Positions 7,256 to 10,694 of a stretch of 10,694 nucleotides of DNA are shown here, piece by piece (the stretch's first letter is position 1; the number at the start of each line of letters is the position of its first letter). Under the pieces are notes generated by a model. The model was given only the letters and a program-made list of their open reading frames with translations. It had not been told where the DNA came from and made no database searches. The stretch comes from a virus: UHGV virus genome UHGV-0280588; one strand, written 5' to 3'. The position numbers and the translations under genes were made by a program.

Positions 7256-7511
7256 TCTCAATCAGAATGGGTTCGCCCTTCTCGTTAACAGATATTTCCA
7301 TTCCTTCAGGGATTTCAGATGCAGTAAAAAACCAGTTATCTTCTGGTAATTCCACAGCCCCGGTCACGTCATGAAGACCGGGGATTACTTCAGTCAAAGT
7401 AACAGGATTAAACAGGCGCACAATAAACTCTCCAGGAAAAAGCACTTGTTGATGGTCTTCCGTCGTACATCTGGCAGCGGACATAAAAACCTGTATTACT
7501 GACCTGGTCAT
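7224..7511 (-). CDS. Uncertain small ORF, possibly a tail-fibre assembly/chaperone protein for the current fibre variant; start not resolved
   Basis: 95-aa frame MTRSVIQVFMSAARCTTEDHQQVLFPGEFIVRLFNPVTLTEVIPGLHDVTGAVELPEDNWFFTASEIPEGMEISVNEKGEPILIEIKPSQVELAR. It overlaps the 3' end of H (stop at 7408-7410) in another frame; the ATG starts at 7511 and 7484 overlap by 104 and 77 nt, and in-frame GTG codons at 7445 and 7421 would give shorter overlaps. Its 3' end overlaps the plus-strand ORF by 32 bp. Confidence 0.35.
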   Translation of the reverse strand: MTRSVIQVFMSAARCTTEDHQQVLFPGEFIVRLFNPVTLTEVIPGLHDVTGAVELPEDNWFFTASEIPEGMEISVNEKGEPILIEIKPSQVELAR

Positions 7512-8799
7512 CCACGATCATTGAAACGTGAACGTTATTAGGTGTGGCCTCGTAATCTGTTCTTATTCTTTCCGCTATGCTGATAAAACGTGAAAGTTTA
7601 GGTAGTGCAATTGGATAAACGACTTTAGCCAGCCCATTATCATTGGAACCACCAGTTCCAAATACTTCTATTGCACCATCTGACCAGCGTATCCATGCAC
7701 CATTGACATTAGCTCCTCGCTGAATGACATATCTGGCTTCTCCCAAACCAAGGTATGCGAGAAGACCAGCAACATCCTTTCCACTCAAATTAGTCAGCGT
7801 ATTGTCCAGCGGTTGTTTGCCTGCCAGTGCATTAAGCACTGTTGTTGAAAAGTTAGGGTCATTCCCCAGCGCCGCCGCCAGTTCATTCAGTGTATCCAGT
7901 GCCGCAGGGGCAGAACCCACCATTGCCGCAATTGCTGATTTCACAAAAGCCGTGGTAGCAATCTGTGTATTGTTGACCGACTGTGCCGCCGTAGGTGCTG
8001 TTGGCGTTCCGGTAAGTGCGGGACTCGACAGCGGCGCTTTCAGCGCCAGCGTATTGTTAATGGTGGTACTGAATTTCGGGTCATTATTAATGGCTGCGGC
8101 AATTTCTTTCAGTGTGTCCAGCGTGGCTGGCGCACCGTTAATCAGAGCAGTAATAGCAGCCTGTACAAACGCAGTGGTCGCAATCCGCGTGGTGTTATTT
8201 CCTGCGGCAGGCGTCGGCGCTTTTGGTTCTCCGGTAAATGTCGGATTATGTTTCTGTGCATACTGGGTATGAGGATCCTGTGCGGCAATGTGGTTTCTCA
8301 TCTGGTCATCCACATAAAGCTTTAATTCCAGGACTTCATCATCCACGTATTTACGGGTCGCCAGTACCACCGACGGGTCGATTTTCAGCGTGATGGCTTC
8401 GGTATTCGTGACAACCAGAATCATGCGGATAGTCTGGGTACGACCGCTGCCTTCCTGCAACTGCGGTTTGTACGTTTCCGGGCAGTTCGCCACCGCAATG
8501 AGTACGCCTTCATCATCATAAAGCCCAATCTCACGGATCCAGAATCCGCCCTCGTTCTCAGGGATGATTTGCTCCGCAATAATCTGGCTCTGGTTGTTCG
8601 GGTCAACACTCAGAAGATTCAGCGGCGCAATGCGTTTCTGGTTAATCAGTTTTGTCTGTGCCGGGTCTGGTGTCGGCAAGACACCATTCGCATCACCAAC
8701 GGCCATTTGCGTCAGATTCAGCTTACTGCCGAGCATCGTCGCGTTAGCCAGCCGTGCTGCGCCCTGATTAGTCAGAATGGCGTAGTATTTCACTGTCAT
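7408..8799 (-). CDS. H: Tail fibre protein (gpH-like), current orientation: constant part 8799-7752, variable C-terminus 7749-7408
   Basis: 463-aa ORF; N-terminal domain MTVKYYAILTNQGAARL...MAVGD...GGFWIREIGLYDDEGVLIAVAN...YVDD is the conserved baseplate-attachment domain of P2 H / Mu S / P1 S type fibres, followed by two shaft repeats, then LGLGEAR at the crossover site and a 107-aa variable tail. ATG overlaps the gpI stop. Confidence 0.9.
   Translation of the reverse strand: MTVKYYAILTNQGAARLANATMLGSKLNLTQMAVGDANGVLPTPDPAQTKLINQKRIAPLNLLSVDPNNQSQIIAEQIIPENEGGFWIREIGLYDDEGVLIAVANCPETYKPQLQEGSGRTQTIRMILVVTNTEAITLKIDPSVVLATRKYVDDEVLELKLYVDDQMRNHIAAQDPHTQYAQKHNPTFTGEPKAPTPAAGNNTTRIATTAFVQAAITALINGAPATLDTLKEIAAAINNDPKFSTTINNTLALKAPLSSPALTGTPTAPTAAQSVNNTQIATTAFVKSAIAAMVGSAPAALDTLNELAAALGNDPNFSTTVLNALAGKQPLDNTLTNLSGKDVAGLLAYLGLGEARYVIQRGANVNGAWIRWSDGAIEVFGTGGSNDNGLAKVVYPIALPKLSRFISIAERIRTDYEATPNNVHVSMIVDDQVSNTGFYVRCQMYDGRPSTSAFSWRVYCAPV
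7738..7763. promoter_or_regulatory. Invertase crossover site (gix/hix-like, fibre-proximal), inside the H coding sequence
   Basis: TTCTCCCAAACC AA GGTATGCGAGAA on the plus strand; inner half-site identical to the reverse complement of the inner half of the 6283-6308 site, and the central dinucleotides (AA here, TT there) are complementary as inverted repeats require. Encodes LGLGEA of the fibre. Confidence 0.72.
7806..8244 (-). repeat. Diverged tandem duplication (2 units of about 219 bp, about 73 aa) in the tail-fibre shaft
   Basis: Protein repeats PTFTGEPKAPTPAAGNNTTRIATTAFVQAAITALINGAPATLDTLKEIAAAINNDPKFSTTINNTLALKA and PALTGTPTAPTAAQSVNNTQIATTAFVKSAIAAMVGSAPAALDTLNELAAALGNDPNFSTTVLNALAGKQ; also visible in the antisense plus-strand ORF 7724-8272. 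Boundaries are approximate. Confidence 0.7.
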
Positions 8800-9407
8800 G
8801 CGTTTACTCTCAGGTTATCAATTAAATGAATGGCCGAGGCCGGGAAATAATCCCCTCCGACAATAATGGCCTCCGGGGTGTAGGGATAAACCGTCAGGGC
8901 GTCACCGTGATAGCATCCCGCACCGGCAAAAATGTTGCCGGTTGTACTTAAACTGATAGCCAGTCCCGTCAGATGGCGGCTTGCCGGTTTGGCATCAGCA
9001 ACGAGGCGCTCCAGCTCCTGATACATTTCCTCGGTAATACCCTGCTCAAGCACGCCGACAACGATACGGAACGTCCCCGGCTCCTCGTTGAGCTGCCACC
9101 ACTCCCTCACCTCAATCAGATAGCCGAGTGGCTCCACCACACGGCGAATCGCACCAATAGTGCCCTTATGGCAGTGAATGAAATACGCATCGCGGATAAC
9201 AGCGCGTTTTGTCGCTTCCGGCCACTTATCATCCCAGCGGTCAACCGAAAATGACCACGCCAGCCACGGCAGCAGATTTGCCGGGCAGGTGTCCGGGTTC
9301 CACAGCTCACGAATACTGACCGGCGTTTTTTCAATTTCCGCACAGGCTTTTGCGGCGGCGACTTCAAGCGGTGATGAGCCAGTCGGCAGCAGTCGCGAAT
9401 CACTCAT
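8796..9407 (-). CDS. I: Baseplate assembly protein I (gpI-like)
   Basis: 203-aa ORF MSDSRLLPTGSSPLEVAAAKACAEIEKTPVSIRELWNPDTCPANLLPWLAWSF... between J and H; 3' end overlaps the H start. Confidence 0.85.
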   Translation of the reverse strand: MSDSRLLPTGSSPLEVAAAKACAEIEKTPVSIRELWNPDTCPANLLPWLAWSFSVDRWDDKWPEATKRAVIRDAYFIHCHKGTIGAIRRVVEPLGYLIEVREWWQLNEEPGTFRIVVGVLEQGITEEMYQELERLVADAKPASRHLTGLAISLSTTGNIFAGAGCYHGDALTVYPYTPEAIIVGGDYFPASAIHLIDNLRVNA

Positions 9408-10308
9408 CCGAGCCTCCGGTCACGACGCTGTATTCGGTGCAGAAAGACGCCTGCATACTGTTGAGCACGATGTCAGCCAGCGGTGCAGCCAGTTCGACAC
9501 GCTGCACGCCTTCCACATGCAAAGCGGCATAAATGGCAGACAGACGGATGTCGCGCCCCAGCCGGTGCTGTGCCGTGATGTACGCTTCCAGTTTTTTCAC
9601 GGCGGCGGCGCGGATGGGTTCGCTTTCGGGACCAGGGTAAAGGTAAAGCGTGGCGTTTATCTGGTATTCAACAATGGCGGCAGACTGCACGGTCACGCGG
9701 TCGGCCACCGGCCTGACGTCCTCGCCATTAAGGGCGTTACGCACCACGGCCAGCAGGTCTTCGGATGCGACACCGTTATTTTCACGTGACAGCACAGAGA
9801 TGGTGACGCAGGCCGGAGACGGACTGGTGACAGAAATATCCGCGACACGCCCGTCAGCACTGCGACCATGATACTGATAGGCTCCCACCGACCCGGCGAC
9901 GCTTAAGCCCTCAAACGCCTGCTGAATACGCAGACGATAATCGGTGTCAGACTCCATCACTGCCGGTGTCGGCGGGATAGTCGAATCATCTGCCGGGGTG
10001 ATAGTCAGGCGCGTGGTGTTGTAATTGGCACCAATCACATCAAGGTCATTACCGGCAGCACAGGCCAGCATTACCGCCCGTGCGGCCTCATTCACACGCT
10101 GACGCCAGATAAGCTCGCGATAAGCATTTTCCTCCAGCAGTTTGACGAGAGGCTCGGATTCCAGCGTCAGGGTACGGGCGACCGCCTCCTGCTGGTCTTC
10201 CGGGTAAAGGGAAATCAGTGTCGCCTTGCGTTCGGCAAGAATGGTTTCAAAGTCCAGCTCCTCGACCACATCCGGTGCAGGTAGCTGGTTCAGGTCGATA
10301 ATCGGCAT
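9400..10308 (-). CDS. J: Baseplate assembly protein J (gpJ-like)
   Basis: 302-aa ORF MPIIDLNQLPAPDVVEELDFETILAERKATLISLYPEDQQEAVARTLTLESEPLVKLLEENAYRELIWRQRVNEAARAV...; size and position between W and I match P2 gpJ. Overlaps the gpI start by 8 nt. Confidence 0.9.
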   Translation of the reverse strand: MPIIDLNQLPAPDVVEELDFETILAERKATLISLYPEDQQEAVARTLTLESEPLVKLLEENAYRELIWRQRVNEAARAVMLACAAGNDLDVIGANYNTTRLTITPADDSTIPPTPAVMESDTDYRLRIQQAFEGLSVAGSVGAYQYHGRSADGRVADISVTSPSPACVTISVLSRENNGVASEDLLAVVRNALNGEDVRPVADRVTVQSAAIVEYQINATLYLYPGPESEPIRAAAVKKLEAYITAQHRLGRDIRLSAIYAALHVEGVQRVELAAPLADIVLNSMQASFCTEYSVVTGGSDE

Positions 10309-10312
10309 GGTT

Positions 10313-10660
10313 TCAACTCACAGGGATGGTTAACGAAAGTGGCTGGCCGGTGTCGTTGTGCTGGCCGGTTAACGTAACTGTCATTCGCCCGTCAAAACTG
10401 CGCGCCGTGGTGACGGATGACAGGGTGACGCGGGGTTCCCATTTCAGCACTGCCATGTAACAGGCAACCTTAATCTGCAACTCAAGCGCCGGGGTCTGCG
10501 GCTGGTCAATCATTGACGCCAGCAACGAGCCGTAATCACGACGCATCACCCGTGAGCCGACCGGTGTGCGCAGGATATCGCCGATACTCTGGCTGATATG
10601 CTCAAGGTCAGTGACAATCAGGCCATCACTGCGATTCATTCCGAGATAACGCGCTGTCAT
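10313..10660 (-). CDS. W: Baseplate protein W (gpW-like)
   Basis: 115-aa ORF MTARYLGMNRSDGLIVTDLEHISQSIGDILRTPVGSRVMRRDYGSLLASMIDQPQTPALELQIKVACYMAVLKWEPRVTL...; small baseplate protein directly upstream of J. Confidence 0.88.
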   Translation of the reverse strand: MTARYLGMNRSDGLIVTDLEHISQSIGDILRTPVGSRVMRRDYGSLLASMIDQPQTPALELQIKVACYMAVLKWEPRVTLSSVTTARSFDGRMTVTLTGQHNDTGQPLSLTIPVS

Positions 10661-10694
10661 AGAGGACTCCCGGTTGTGCCGCCGCTGTCGCCGG
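10657..10694 (-). CDS. V: 3' end of baseplate protein V (gpV-like) gene; rest lies beyond the window end
   Basis: An open minus-strand frame enters from the window edge (...GDSGGTTGSPL) and stops at TGA 10659-10657, overlapping the W start as ATGA, with GGGAG as W's Shine-Dalgarno. Only 12 codons are visible, so identity rests on position alone. Confidence 0.45.
   Translation of the reverse strand, partial: GDSGGTTGSPL

Larger units (their letters stand above)
6297..7749. other. Invertible DNA segment (about 1.45 kb) carrying alternative tail-fibre C-terminal cassettes
   Basis: Bounded by the two inverted crossover sites, with the invertase gene immediately outside one end. Holds a fibre C-terminus on the minus strand (in frame with H now) and a different one on the plus strand (silent now). 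Same architecture as Mu G, P1 C and e14 P segments. Confidence 0.72.

Noticed and set aside
7519-7545. Possible third crossover site (ttgaaacgtgaacgttattagg) that would make this a multi-site shufflon
   Set aside because: Shares only an AACGTT core with the real sites and lacks the AAACC/GGTTT half-site symmetry; a simple two-site inversion explains the data.
7724-8272. Plus-strand 182-aa ORF
   Set aside because: Antisense to the tail-fibre shaft; its internal repetition only mirrors the tandem repeat of the real gene on the other strand.
9178-9789. Plus-strand 203-aa ORF (and 8973-9254, 9116-9403, 9350-9532 and 9650-9871 ORFs)
   Set aside because: Shadow frames of the gpI and gpJ baseplate genes.
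1-10694. tRNA, rRNA, CRISPR array, integrase, attachment site or IS element
   Set aside because: No direct-repeat/spacer periodicity and no obvious cloverleaf-like or rRNA-like segments; the window is filled end to end by tail genes and the inversion cassette, so prophage boundaries are not in view.

Overview
This window is almost entirely a P2-like (peduovirus-type) prophage tail module, encoded on the minus strand in the order V (3' end only), W, J, I, H (tail fibre), pin invertase, FI (sheath), FII (tube), E/E', T (tape measure), U, D (5' part, runs off the window start). All calls rest on reading the translations and on recalled similarity to P2, Mu, lambda and e14 proteins; no database search was run. 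The notable departure from the P2 layout is a roughly 1.45 kb DNA-inversion cassette between H and FI. A Gin/Pin-family serine invertase sits beside two inverted 26-bp hix/gix-like crossover sites (6283-6308 and 7738-7763), and the crossover falls inside the tail-fibre reading frame at a shared GLGEAR motif. Inversion would swap the current 113-aa fibre C-terminus for a silent 230-aa glycine-rich one on the plus strand. The cassette is AT-richer than its flanks and contains two short convergent ORFs with overlapping 3' ends. The E/E' tail chaperone pair carries a T_TTT_TTG -1 frameshift site that the ORF track cannot show. No tRNA, rRNA, CRISPR array, IS element or integrase was seen. Most plus-strand ORFs in the track are antisense shadows of the minus-strand genes.
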